DNA of 32,000 nt, taken from Acinetobacter wanghuae. GTDB lineage: Bacteria > Pseudomonadota > Gammaproteobacteria > Pseudomonadales > Moraxellaceae. Under the pieces are notes generated by a model, which worked only from the letters and a program-made list of their open reading frames with translations, was not told the origin of the DNA and did not search any database. A program made the position numbers and the translations under genes. Every line of letters begins with the position of its first letter. Position 1 is the stretch's first letter. Of the stretch, positions 1 through 9,126 are shown piece by piece. The stretch covers positions 150,001-182,000 of the forward strand of contig NZ_CP045650.1 of the NCBI RefSeq assembly GCF_009557235.1. Direction: 5' to 3'.

Positions 1-701
1 AAGCGGGTTCAGGCGGTACAGAAGCACAAGATTGGGCATCCATGCTGCTTCGTATGTATATGCGTTGGATTGAGCGTCATGGCTTTAAAGCAGAATTGAT
101 GGAAGAATCTGATGGTGATGTTGCTGGCATTAAATCTGCAACCATTCGTGTTGAAGGTGAATATGCCTATGGCTGGTTACGTACTGAATCAGGTGTACAC
201 CGTTTAGTCCGTAAATCACCATTTGACTCGGGTAACCGCCGTCATACCTCATTCTCAGCAGTGTTTGTATCGCCTGAAGTCGATGATAATATCGAAATTG
301 ATATTAATCCTGCGGATGTTCGTACCGATACTTATCGTGCATCAGGTGCAGGTGGTCAGCATATTAACAAAACTGACTCTGCGGTACGTTTAACGCATGC
401 GCCAACAGGTATTGTGGTAGCGTGTCAGAACCAACGTTCTCAACATGCCAACCGTGACCATGCGTGGAAACAGTTACGTGCAAAACTCTATGAATTAGAG
501 ATGCAAAAACGTAATGATGCAGCGCAAGCACTTGAAGATACCAAGTCTGATATTGGTTGGGGTAGTCAAATTCGTTCATACGTATTGGATGACTCACGTA
601 TTAAAGACTTACGTACCAGTGTTGAAAGCTCAAATACCGGTGCGGTACTTGACGGTGATTTAGATAAATTCATCGAAGCAAGTTTAAAACAAGGTCTATA
701 A
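1..701 (+). CDS. prfB: Peptide chain release factor 2, C-terminal about two thirds (5' end upstream of the window)
   Basis: Frame 3 is open from the window edge. The translation reads ...[19 protein letters not shown]...[11 protein letters not shown]...[16 protein letters not shown] (GGQ motif)...[24 protein letters not shown], which follows the E. coli RF2 pattern closely. Stop codon TAA at 699-701. Confidence 0.95.
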   Translation, partial: AGSGGTEAQDWASMLLRMYMRWIERHGFKAELMEESDGDVAGIKSATIRVEGEYAYGWLRTESGVHRLVRKSPFDSGNRRHTSFSAVFVSPEVDDNIEIDINPADVRTDTYRASGAGGQHINKTDSAVRLTHAPTGIVVACQNQRSQHANRDHAWKQLRAKLYELEMQKRNDAAQALEDTKSDIGWGSQIRSYVLDDSRIKDLRTSVESSNTGAVLDGDLDKFIEASLKQGL

Positions 702-711
702 ATAGACCTTT
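693..711 (+). terminator. Weak hairpin overlapping the prfB stop codon
   Basis: GGTCTA-taaa-TAGACC followed by only TTT. The stem is short and the U tract poor. Confidence 0.3.
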
Positions 712-766
712 CAACTCATGTTGTTGCAAAACTTATACGGTTTGAATTGCTATATATCTAAAATAA

Positions 767-782
767 TCGATATTAATATCGA
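767..782. promoter_or_regulatory. Perfect 16-bp palindrome TCGATATTAATATCGA, candidate operator upstream of the ArsR-family gene
   Basis: Exact inverted repeat about 60-65 bp upstream of the ArsR start. It sits just upstream of a TACAAT -10-like hexamer at 793-798. ArsR/SmtB repressors typically autoregulate through AT-rich inverted repeats. Confidence 0.35.
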
Positions 783-842
783 AAAAATACGATACAATGA
801 ATTCAAAGCTGATGTAAGTTTTGTTGCACTTAGTAATGTGAT

Positions 843-1148
843 GTGGCTATGGATCTCGATCTCATTTTTAAAGCCTTGGCAAATCCGACCCGTCGGCAAA
901 TTCTTGCATGGTTAAAAACACCAGAGCAGTTTTTGTCTGTGGAAGAGTGCGGTGATTTTCATCGTGGCGTATGTGCAGGTCAAATTGAAAAATTGGGTCA
1001 AGTCTCACAATCGACCATGTCGAATCATTTGTCTGTGTTACAACAAGCAGGATTAATCACTGCCAATAAACATGGACAATGGTCATATTTTTCCCGCAAC
1101 GAAACTTTAATTCAGCACTATATCGAATATTTGCAACAACACCTCTAA
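843..1148 (+). CDS. ArsR/SmtB-family winged-helix transcriptional regulator
   Basis: The 101-aa ORF reads IFKALANPTRRQILAWL...VSQSTMSNHLSVLQQAGLI..., the typical ArsR HTH signature. The start is GTG at 843 or ATG at 849. The gene lies 12-24 nt upstream of the reductase gene, so the two are probably an operon. Confidence 0.85.
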   Translation: MAMDLDLIFKALANPTRRQILAWLKTPEQFLSVEECGDFHRGVCAGQIEKLGQVSQSTMSNHLSVLQQAGLITANKHGQWSYFSRNETLIQHYIEYLQQHL

Positions 1149-1172
1149 ACTCAAAGAGGTGTGGAGTTTACG

Positions 1173-2240
1173 ATGGCTGAACTAAATACCCCTTTAAAAC
1201 TTGGTGCTTTAGCACTTAAAAATCGTGTCATTATGGCACCCCTCACACGTAGTCGTGCCACAGCTGAGCGTGTACCTACAGCCATCATGGCAGAATACTA
1301 TGCACAACGGGCAAGTTCAGGTCTGATCATTTCTGAAGCCACCGTTATTTCAGAAGAAGCCAATGGCTATCGCAATACACCGGGTTTATTTACCGATGCA
1401 CAAGTTGAAGGTTGGAAAACTGTCACTCAAGCCGTGCACGATAAAGGTGGTCTGATCGTTGCGCAGTTATGGCATGTCGGTCGTGTTTCCGACCCTGAAT
1501 TGTTAAATGGCGAGACACCTGTTTCTGCGAGTAATGTAAAACAAGCAGGACAAGTGAGTTTATTGCGTCCAAAGCGTGATTTTGTTGCTCCACGACCACT
1601 TGAAATTGAAGAAATTCAAAAGATTATAGAACAATTTAAACAAGCTGCCATTCGTGCGAAACAAGCCGGTTTTGATGGCGTGGAATTGCACGGTGCAAAT
1701 GGCTATTTAATTGACCAGTTCCTACAAACGAAAACCAATAAACGTACAGACATTTACGGTGGTTCAGTTGAAAACCGTGTACGTTTCTTACTTGAAGTGG
1801 TTGATCAACTGATTGAGGTTTGGGGTGCAGATCGTGTGGGTGTTCACCTTGCACCGCGTGGCGATGAACATGATATGGGTGACGATGATCCACGTGAAAC
1901 ATTTGGATATGCGATGGAGCAGTTGGGCAAGCGTCAAATTGCCTTTTTCTTCACGCGTGAATATTTAGCCGATGACAGCATCTCTGAATATCTAAAACAA
2001 CGTTCAGGTGGTGTGCCGTATATTGCCAATATGCGTTTAAGCCGTGAAGATGCAATTCAATTGCTCGAAACAGGCAAAGCAGATGCTGTAGCATTTGGTA
2101 AAGCATATATCGCCAATCCTGATTTATACGAACGCCTCATCCAAGATGCACCTTTAAATGAACTTAAATTTGAGAACATGATTGGGACAAATGTGCCTGA
2201 AGGATATATTGATTATCCGACCTTATCTGAAACAGTTTAA
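1173..2240 (+). CDS. nemA: Old-yellow-enzyme family NADH:flavin oxidoreductase (N-ethylmaleimide / alkene reductase-like)
   Basis: Strong collinear resemblance to E. coli NemA: NRVIMAPLTRSR, AEYYAQRASSGLIISEAT, QLWHVGR, GFDGVELHGANGYLIDQFL, NKRTDIYGGSVENRVRFLLEVV, AVAFGKAYIANPDL, EGYIDYPTL. The ORF track starts at GTG 1161. ATG 1173 has a better-placed GGAG (1163-1166). Confidence 0.9.
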   Translation: MAELNTPLKLGALALKNRVIMAPLTRSRATAERVPTAIMAEYYAQRASSGLIISEATVISEEANGYRNTPGLFTDAQVEGWKTVTQAVHDKGGLIVAQLWHVGRVSDPELLNGETPVSASNVKQAGQVSLLRPKRDFVAPRPLEIEEIQKIIEQFKQAAIRAKQAGFDGVELHGANGYLIDQFLQTKTNKRTDIYGGSVENRVRFLLEVVDQLIEVWGADRVGVHLAPRGDEHDMGDDDPRETFGYAMEQLGKRQIAFFFTREYLADDSISEYLKQRSGGVPYIANMRLSREDAIQLLETGKADAVAFGKAYIANPDLYERLIQDAPLNELKFENMIGTNVPEGYIDYPTLSETV

Positions 2241-2280
2241 ATTTTGCATTTGAGCTGAATCTTTAAATAACAGAGTCACA

Positions 2281-3624
2281 ATGATTAACATGTCGCTGTG
2301 GCTCTGTTATATTTTGCCGACTCAATCTATTTCGGTGTGTCATTTGGCTACTCCATTTTGGTATAACGCTGCTTTAACGCTTATTAAACCTTTATATCAA
2401 TCACGTATCCGTAAACGTGCGGAGAGTCCTGAGCAATTACAACAAGAACTGCTCGAGCGCTTTGGTCCATTTCAAACACCTAACAATAAAAATGCCATGT
2501 GGTTTCATGTGGTTTCAGTGGGTGAAACCAATGCAGCACAACCGTTAATCGAACATTATTTAAAATTGGGTCAGCCTGTTTTAGTGACCAATACCACCAA
2601 AACTGGGCAAGCTCGTGCTAAGTCCTTATTTTTAAAAGCACCGTATTTAGATCTATTCCAAGCGGTGTATTTACCTGCCGATCAAACCGCTTTAATTCAA
2701 GATTTTTATCAAAAGTATCAGCCCAAACTATTACTGCTGATGGAAACTGAGCTCTGGCCGAATTTGATTGATCAAGCCAAAAATTTTGCTGTGCCTTGTA
2801 TTTTGCTGAATGCACGATTGTCTGAAAAATCTGCAAAAGGCTATGGCAAAGTTAAGGGCTTAACCAAAGCGATGCTGACAGGTTTAAATCAACTTTTAGC
2901 GCAAGATACGGCCACGCAACAACGTTTTATTACACTTGGTATTAACGCGCAAAAAACGCAAGTGTTAGGAAATATCAAATTTGATATTACGGCACCGCAA
3001 AGCTTCGTGGAACGTGTAGCTTCATTAAAGCAAGAATGGGACTTACAAGGCCGACAAGTCATTTTATTGGCAAGTACTCATGCACCTGAGGAAAAGGATC
3101 TCTTAGCCGCATTGAAGCCGCATTTGCAAAAGAATCCAAAGCTGTTATGTATTGTCGTACCACGCCATCCTGAACGTTTTGATGAAGTTTTCGCAGCAGC
3201 GCAAGCTTTAGACTTAGATACACAACGTCGTAGTTTAGGGCAAAGTATTCAAACTGATACGCAAGTGTATTTAGCCGATTCGATGGGTGAAATGTGGCTT
3301 TGGTATGGTTTGAGTCAGGTGTGTTATGTCGGTGGTTCTTTAAATGAACCAGGTGGTGGACATAATATATTAGAACCGATTGCGCTCAATGTGCCGACCT
3401 TATTGGGCAAAAACTATTTTAACTTCCAAACCATCGTCGATGAGTTTGTTGCAGCCAATGCGGTTGAAGTCGTGACTGATGCCGATCAAGCAGTTCAGGT
3501 CATGATGGATGTGTTAGATAACCAGTCGAAAGCACAAGGGTTGAATGCGGCTGCACAGGTGATCATGCAGAAGAATCAAGGTTCACTGCAAAAGCATATT
3601 CAGGTGATTGATCAGTATCTTTAG
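2281..3624 (+). CDS. waaA: 3-deoxy-D-manno-octulosonic acid (Kdo) transferase
   Basis: Contains WFHVVSVGETNAAQPLI, LETELWPNLI, and a C-terminal GGSL..GGHNILEP motif typical of WaaA/KdtA. Alignment by eye to the E. coli N-terminus suggests the true start may be in-frame GTG 2335 or TTG 2344 rather than ATG 2281. Confidence 0.9.
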   Translation: MINMSLWLCYILPTQSISVCHLATPFWYNAALTLIKPLYQSRIRKRAESPEQLQQELLERFGPFQTPNNKNAMWFHVVSVGETNAAQPLIEHYLKLGQPVLVTNTTKTGQARAKSLFLKAPYLDLFQAVYLPADQTALIQDFYQKYQPKLLLLMETELWPNLIDQAKNFAVPCILLNARLSEKSAKGYGKVKGLTKAMLTGLNQLLAQDTATQQRFITLGINAQKTQVLGNIKFDITAPQSFVERVASLKQEWDLQGRQVILLASTHAPEEKDLLAALKPHLQKNPKLLCIVVPRHPERFDEVFAAAQALDLDTQRRSLGQSIQTDTQVYLADSMGEMWLWYGLSQVCYVGGSLNEPGGGHNILEPIALNVPTLLGKNYFNFQTIVDEFVAANAVEVVTDADQAVQVMMDVLDNQSKAQGLNAAAQVIMQKNQGSLQKHIQVIDQYL

Positions 3625-3879
3625 CCTATATGTTTGTACCCCAATATCCATATAGATATTGGCGGAGTCATTGCATTATTAAGCAGCTTTTTGAAGCTCC
3701 TATTTTACTTTTGTTTCGGCAAAAGTAACAAAACCATTTGTCATCCACAAAACTCGTGTAATAGCGTCTTTTATTTGTTTTGATCGCAAAAACATGAGTA
3801 TGCGAATAGAGTTCTGACTCAGACAGTTGTGGATGACCTTATCACGGATTCTATCTCGGGATAAATTGAGTAAATTGCT

Positions 3880-4593
3880 ATGAATATTGTCCTTTTAGAC
3901 CCTCGCCAAACCGAATCTGAGCTTTGGTCAATTAGCTCAAAACGTCAGCTTGAACATTTACGTCAGCATGTTGATGTACAAGTCGGGGATACCTTAAAAG
4001 TCGGTATTCGTGAAGGGAAGCGTTATCTAACTCAAATTGTTGAAATCACCGATCAAGTCATTCGTATTCAGTCCATCCAAGAAGAATCTGTGCCGAAAAA
4101 ACTTCCCGTGACTTTGATTGTGGCTTTACCCCGCCCCAAGGTTTTACGTCGTTTAATTATGGATGCCGTGACCATCGGCGTTGAAAAAATTATTTTACTG
4201 CATAGTTATCGCGTGGAGAAAAGCTATTGGCAAAGCCCATTTCTACAACAACTTGATCAATATATAACGCTCGGCTTGGAACAGGCAGGGGATACCATTG
4301 CACCTAAAATTGAGCTGTATAAACGCTTTAAACCTTTTGTTGAAGATGTCCTGCCAACATTGATTTCAGAAAATTATCCGGCTTATGTGGCGCATCCTTA
4401 TGTGGATGCCAAAATGCCATACGCGATTGAGCATGGTTGTAGTGTGATTATTGGTCCTGAGGGTGGGTTTATTCCATATGAGATTGATTTACTCATTAAA
4501 AACGGCTGCCAAGGGGTAAGCCTAGGCAACCGTATTCTTCGTACTGAAACTGCAATTTCTTATGTTTTAGGACGATTATTTAGCGCGAGCTGA
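3880..4593 (+). CDS. rsmE: 16S rRNA (uracil1498-N3)-methyltransferase
   Basis: 237 aa. An N-terminal PUA-like part is followed by a SPOUT C-terminus, IIGPEGGF...E.......G......LG.RILRTETA, as in RsmE. Confidence 0.88.
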   Translation: MNIVLLDPRQTESELWSISSKRQLEHLRQHVDVQVGDTLKVGIREGKRYLTQIVEITDQVIRIQSIQEESVPKKLPVTLIVALPRPKVLRRLIMDAVTIGVEKIILLHSYRVEKSYWQSPFLQQLDQYITLGLEQAGDTIAPKIELYKRFKPFVEDVLPTLISENYPAYVAHPYVDAKMPYAIEHGCSVIIGPEGGFIPYEIDLLIKNGCQGVSLGNRILRTETAISYVLGRLFSAS

Positions 4594-5553
4594 TTCTTGT
4601 GCTTGCTCGCCATGTTCACCACGATACACTTTCACTTCCTGTACAGGGTACGGAATCGAAATGTTATGTTCCGCAAAGGCTTGAATCACACCTTCTTGTA
4701 CCGTGCTAATTGAGCCAGAAGTCGTGATTTCAGTGGTATCCACCCACCACATTACTTTAAGGTTGATTGAGAAATCAGCCAAAGTAATGACATTTACGCT
4801 AAAGGCAGGCTGACTTAAAATCGACTGGTCTTTATCTAAAATTGCCAACACGATATTTTTGGCTTTTTGAATATCATCTTCATAACCAATACCCACCACG
4901 AATTCACAGCGACGACGTGTATAAGCTGTAATAACCGTTACAGGGCTGGTATAAACCGTCGCATTTGGAATCACGATACGTTTACCATCAGGTGAGCGTA
5001 AGAAGGTCGCACGAATTTGAATATCTTCAACCGTACCTTCCATGCCCGATACCACAATGTCATCGCCAATTTTGAACGGTTCACCGAGCAAAATCAGAAT
5101 ACCAGAGAGTAAGTTCTGGAAAATATCTTTAAACGCAAAACCGATTGCAACCGAACCAATCCCCAAGGCACTCATCAATTGCCCTGGTGTAAAGCCCGGA
5201 ATCGCAATGACCATGGCAATTAAAAAGCCAAGGAAAATAATCGCCGAACTACCGACACGATTTAAGACAAGTACTAAGTTTTGCTTGGTATAGCTACGTT
5301 CTGCAAATGCTTTACGCACAAAGAATTTGAAGAGTTTTGATAAGAAATAGAAGATGGTAAAGAACACCAACGCAATACAAATATACGGTAAGCGTTCCCA
5401 AAAACCATCAATAAATTTATCAACAGTCGAGTAAGCATCGTTATATTTTGCAGTGTGTTCGAGCACAGTTTGTGCCGTTTTTTCAGTCGCGTCATGCAAA
5501 AGCTGAGATGTGCCTTCAGTCACATCGCTTAAAGCATTCGATTGTTCAGCCAC
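4576..5553 (-). CDS. Mechanosensitive ion channel family protein (MscS-like)
   Basis: 325 aa with a GTG start. Transmembrane helices are followed by the MscS core GFAFKDIFQNLLSGILILLGEPFKIGDDIVV..GTVEDIQIRATFLRSPDGKRIVIPN. The 3' end overlaps rsmE by 18 nt in convergent orientation. Confidence 0.85.
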   Translation of the reverse strand: MAEQSNALSDVTEGTSQLLHDATEKTAQTVLEHTAKYNDAYSTVDKFIDGFWERLPYICIALVFFTIFYFLSKLFKFFVRKAFAERSYTKQNLVLVLNRVGSSAIIFLGFLIAMVIAIPGFTPGQLMSALGIGSVAIGFAFKDIFQNLLSGILILLGEPFKIGDDIVVSGMEGTVEDIQIRATFLRSPDGKRIVIPNATVYTSPVTVITAYTRRRCEFVVGIGYEDDIQKAKNIVLAILDKDQSILSQPAFSVNVITLADFSINLKVMWWVDTTEITTSGSISTVQEGVIQAFAEHNISIPYPVQEVKVYRGEHGEQAQESARAK

Positions 5554-5814
5554 GTAAGTTCCGAATGTAAAATTTTAGATATTTTGCCTGAAATTGTATA
5601 AAAAAATAAGCGTACTTCACATCCTTGTGCATTTCAGCAACACTTATCAGCATCTCGAGTGATAAAAAAACAAAATTGCTTAAATAATCTACGACGAAAG
5701 CATGATTGTTGCATTTGAAATAAGCAGTACATACTGCGATGATACAGATATAAAAAATCAAAAATGTAGCACGACCTTTCGAGATGAAAGGCGATAAGAT
5801 CAAGGAATCAGAAT

Positions 5815-7761
5815 ATGAAAGAGATCTATCCAGTACCCGCAGAATTTAAAAAAACAGCACGAACCAATGACGCTGAATATTTTGAACGTTATCAAAAATC
5901 CATCGATGACCCCGAAGCTTTTTGGGCGGAACAAGCTCAGCGTTTAGATTGGATAAAACCCTTTACCCAAGTTAAAAATAGCAACTTCAATAAAGACAAT
6001 TTTAAAATTGAATGGTTTGCCGATGGTCAGCTCAACTTAAGCGCCAACTGCTTAGATCGTCATTTAAAAGAACATCCTTATAAGCCTGCGATTATTTGGG
6101 AAGGGGATCATCCTTCGCGGCATAAAATTATTTCTTTTGCAGAATTACATGATGAAACCTGCCGTTTCGCCAATGTGCTAAAAAAATATGGCATTAGCAA
6201 AGGCGATCGTGTGGTGCTGTATATGCCAATGATCTCTGAAGCAGCCATTGCGATGCTCGCTTGTGCCCGGATTGGTGCAGTGCATTGTGTGGTGTTTGGT
6301 GGTTTCTCACCAGACTCACTGGCAAGTCGTATTGAAGATAGCCAAGCCAAAATGATCATTACTGCTGACTCAGGTATGCGGGGTGGTAAGCCGATTCCAC
6401 TCAAAGAAAATGTCGATGCCGCGTTAAAAATTTCAGGAACAGAATCCGTTGAACATGTAATTACAGTACATCGCACGGGTAATTCTATTGAAATGAAGCC
6501 AGACCGCGATTTGTGGTATCACACGGAAATTATGACCGTTACGGATGACTGTCCGCCTGAACCCATGAATGCTGAAGATCCATTATTTATTTTGTATACC
6601 TCAGGCTCAACAGGAAAACCCAAAGGGGTGTTGCATACTACAGGCGGCTATTTAACCTATGTGAATTCGACCTTCCGTGAAGTATTCGATATTAAGCAAG
6701 ACGATGTATTTTGGTGTACTGCTGATGTGGGTTGGATTACTGGGCATTCTTATGTGCTATATGGACCGCTTTCCAATGGTACAACCACGGTGATGTTTGA
6801 GGGCGTACCACAGTATCCAACTTGGGCGCGGACCGGACATATTGTCGATAAACATAATGTCACGATTTTATATACAGCACCGACTGCCATTCGCGCCATG
6901 ATGCGAGAAGGCGACGCCTTTGTGCGTGAAAGTGATCGGAGTAGTTTACGTCTACTCGGCTCAGTCGGTGAACCGATTAATCCAGAAGCATGGAACTGGT
7001 ATTACTCTGTGGTGGGCGAAAGTCGTTGTCCTGTAGTCGATACATGGTGGCAAACCGAGACAGGTGGCATTTTAATTAGCCCATTACCGGGTGCAACGGA
7101 TCTTAAACCGGGTTCAGCAACGCGTCCTTTCTTTGGCGTCCAACCTGCAATTGTGGATGCAGAAGGTAACGAACTTGAAGGTGCGGTTGAAGGGAATTTA
7201 ATTATTAAAGATTCTTGGCCGGGACAAATGCGCACGATTTGGGGTGATCCTGAACGTTTTATTGAAGCCTATTTCTCGACCTATCCGGGGATGTATTTCA
7301 CGGGTGATGGCGCGCGACGTGACAAAGATGGCTATTACTGGATTACCGGACGCGTCGATGATGTCTTGAATGTGTCGGGGCATCGTTTAGGAACGGCTGA
7401 AATTGAAAGTGCCTTAGTCGCCCATGAATCTGTTGCTGAAGCTGCGGTGATTGGTATGCCGCATGATATTAAAGGACAGGGCATTTGCGCCTTTGTGACC
7501 TTACAAGCAGGCGTAGAAAGCACCGACTTACTACGTCGTGAACTGATTCATTGGGTACGTAAAATTCTAGGACCGATTGCGACACCCGATGCTTTACATT
7601 GGGCACCAGCATTACCGAAAACCCGTTCAGGTAAAATCATGCGCCGTATTTTAAGAAAAATTGCAGCCAATGAACTCGATAGTTTAGGTGATACTTCAAC
7701 CCTCGCTGAACCGCAAGTGGTAGATGCCTTGATTGAGGAAGTCAAACGTAACAACAGTTAA
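5815..7761 (+). CDS. acs: Acetyl-CoA synthetase (AMP-forming)
   Basis: 648 aa. Contains [11 protein letters not shown] (AMP-binding motif), [46 protein letters not shown] and [12 protein letters not shown], a full-length match to the Acs pattern. Confidence 0.97.
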   Translation: MKEIYPVPAEFKKTARTNDAEYFERYQKSIDDPEAFWAEQAQRLDWIKPFTQVKNSNFNKDNFKIEWFADGQLNLSANCLDRHLKEHPYKPAIIWEGDHPSRHKIISFAELHDETCRFANVLKKYGISKGDRVVLYMPMISEAAIAMLACARIGAVHCVVFGGFSPDSLASRIEDSQAKMIITADSGMRGGKPIPLKENVDAALKISGTESVEHVITVHRTGNSIEMKPDRDLWYHTEIMTVTDDCPPEPMNAEDPLFILYTSGSTGKPKGVLHTTGGYLTYVNSTFREVFDIKQDDVFWCTADVGWITGHSYVLYGPLSNGTTTVMFEGVPQYPTWARTGHIVDKHNVTILYTAPTAIRAMMREGDAFVRESDRSSLRLLGSVGEPINPEAWNWYYSVVGESRCPVVDTWWQTETGGILISPLPGATDLKPGSATRPFFGVQPAIVDAEGNELEGAVEGNLIIKDSWPGQMRTIWGDPERFIEAYFSTYPGMYFTGDGARRDKDGYYWITGRVDDVLNVSGHRLGTAEIESALVAHESVAEAAVIGMPHDIKGQGICAFVTLQAGVESTDLLRRELIHWVRKILGPIATPDALHWAPALPKTRSGKIMRRILRKIAANELDSLGDTSTLAEPQVVDALIEEVKRNNS

Positions 7762-7784
7762 GATGCGGATTAATCCATATACTT

Positions 7785-7811
7785 ATACCGACTTTAGGGT
7801 CGGTATTTTTA
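7785..7811 (+). terminator. Rho-independent terminator of acs
   Basis: ATACCGAC-tttagg-GTCGGTAT hairpin followed by TTTTT, 24 nt after the acs stop. Confidence 0.6.
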
Positions 7812-7900
7812 TATGTGGAATAAGCTCAGCATGCTTTTGCATAAAGTAATGCAAAGTGATCTGTTAAGCTAAAAACCTGCTGAAAATGGGTTAAACAACA

Positions 7901-9082
7901 ATGAATGCACGATCACCACATTTAAAACACACTCCGATCGAGATTGCAGAACAATTAGCGGCACAGTTTGCCGAGACTGCGGCTGCGCGCGATAAACAAG
8001 GTGGTAATCCTAAGGCGGAGCGTGATCTCATTCGTGAAAGTGGGTTACTTGGTTTATCGATTCCGACTGAATATGGTGGTCAGGGCGCAGATTGGCAAAC
8101 CATTTTCAAAACCATTCAAACCATTGCGCGCGTAGATAGCTCACTTGCGCATGTCTATGGTTTTCATCATTTACTGATTGCCACCGTGCAACTGTTTTCA
8201 GAAGCAGAGCAATACGGCAAATGGTTTGAGCAAAGCGCGAAAGAAAATTTATTTTGGGGCAATACCTTAAACCCGCTAGATAAACGCACAACCGCGACGC
8301 AAATTTCGGAAACTGAATATATTTTCCATGGGGATAAAAGCTTTTGCTCAGGCTCGATGGATTCGGATATTTTGTTGTGTTCAGGGTTCAATCAAGATGG
8401 AAAATTATTGATTGGCGTGATTCCAACACAACGTGAAGGCGTCAGTTTCTTAGGCGATTGGAACAATATGGGACAACGCCAAACTGATAGCGGTACCAGT
8501 CATTTTGAACAGGTCAAAGTACTTAAAAATGAGTTATTACTGAATCCGGGTCCTTTAAGCACACCGTATTCAAGTTTACGTCCTTTGATTGCACAGCTGA
8601 TTTTTGTCCATATGTTCTTAGGGGTTGCAGAAGGTGCATTTGATGTTGCGAAACAAACGGTACAAAGCCAAAAAGCATGGTCAAAATCCTTGGCTGAAGA
8701 GGCAGTGAATGATCCCTTTACTCAAAAGCATTTTGCGGAGTTTTATGTGCAGCTTGAAAGTGTGCGCTTATTGGCGGATAAAGCCATTCACACTTTACAA
8801 AAAGCATGGCATGTTGGTGCAGATTTAACAGCTGAGCAACGCGGTGAAGTGTCTATTGCCATTGCAACAGCTAAAATTGCATCGACGAATACATCACTCT
8901 ACATTACGCAAAATATTTTCCAAGTCATGGGCGCGCGTGCAACCACGGCTAAACTTAATTTAGATCGTTTCTGGCGTAATGTTCGTACCCAAACGCTGCA
9001 TGATCCTGTGGATTATAAATATCAAGAAATTGGTGAATGGGTGCTGACAGGCAAAGTCCCTGATCCAAGTTTCTATTCTTAA
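7901..9082 (+). CDS. Acyl-CoA-dehydrogenase-fold flavin monooxygenase, SfnB/DszC-like (sulfur acquisition oxidoreductase family)
   Basis: 393 aa with ACAD-like architecture. The N-terminal helices read ...FAETAAARDKQGG.P.AERDLIRESGLLGLSIPTEYGG.G..., and the C-terminal helical domain reads FWRNVRTQTLHDPVDYK. It lacks typical acyl-CoA dehydrogenase context and is linked to the sfnG/msuE genes 2-4 kb away. Confidence 0.65.
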   Translation: MNARSPHLKHTPIEIAEQLAAQFAETAAARDKQGGNPKAERDLIRESGLLGLSIPTEYGGQGADWQTIFKTIQTIARVDSSLAHVYGFHHLLIATVQLFSEAEQYGKWFEQSAKENLFWGNTLNPLDKRTTATQISETEYIFHGDKSFCSGSMDSDILLCSGFNQDGKLLIGVIPTQREGVSFLGDWNNMGQRQTDSGTSHFEQVKVLKNELLLNPGPLSTPYSSLRPLIAQLIFVHMFLGVAEGAFDVAKQTVQSQKAWSKSLAEEAVNDPFTQKHFAEFYVQLESVRLLADKAIHTLQKAWHVGADLTAEQRGEVSIAIATAKIASTNTSLYITQNIFQVMGARATTAKLNLDRFWRNVRTQTLHDPVDYKYQEIGEWVLTGKVPDPSFYS

Positions 9083-9091
9083 TGAAGTCAT

Positions 9092-9119
9092 AAAATGCCC
9101 TCAACTGAGGGCTTTTTTA
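9092..9119. terminator. Bidirectional terminator between the SfnB-like gene and phrB
   Basis: AAAA-TGCCCTC-aact-GAGGGC-TTTTTT between convergent genes. Confidence 0.6.
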
Positions 9120-9126
9120 TTGCAGA

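Noticed and set aside
1-701. The programmed +1 frameshift site of prfB.
   Set aside because: The window begins well downstream of codon ~26, where the CTT-TGA-C shift site lies in RF2 genes. It cannot be assessed here.
718-915. A 65-aa ORF overlapping the ArsR-family gene start, and the 85-aa ORF at 5546-5803 in the mscS/acs divergent promoter region.
   Set aside because: Both lie in AT-rich promoter DNA, overlap better-supported genes or regulatory sequence, lack an SD and have no recognisable motif.
4576-4593. The 18-nt convergent overlap of the rsmE and mscS-family 3' ends.
   Set aside because: Short convergent overlaps are common in compact bacterial genomes. No additional signal such as a repeat or frameshift is present.
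5766-5790. Shared k-mers between the acs upstream region and the crbS/yjcH intergenic region, as a possible CrbR box: GTAGCAC at 5766 and 19232, and GATGAAAG at 5783 and 19155.
   Set aside because: For two regions of about 200-260 bp searched on both strands, one or more shared 7-8-mers are expected by chance (roughly 1-5). The distances to the start codons also differ. This is not evidence for a binding site.
6108-6476. Numerous 60-130-aa ORFs antisense to or out of frame within large genes, for example 364-597, 1636-1902, 6108-6476, 16146-16455, 18446-18862, 20184-20543, 23709-24047 and 30342-30743.
   Set aside because: Each is fully embedded in a gene whose product has unmistakable family motifs. 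Such shadow ORFs are expected, and none shows a motif or SD of its own.
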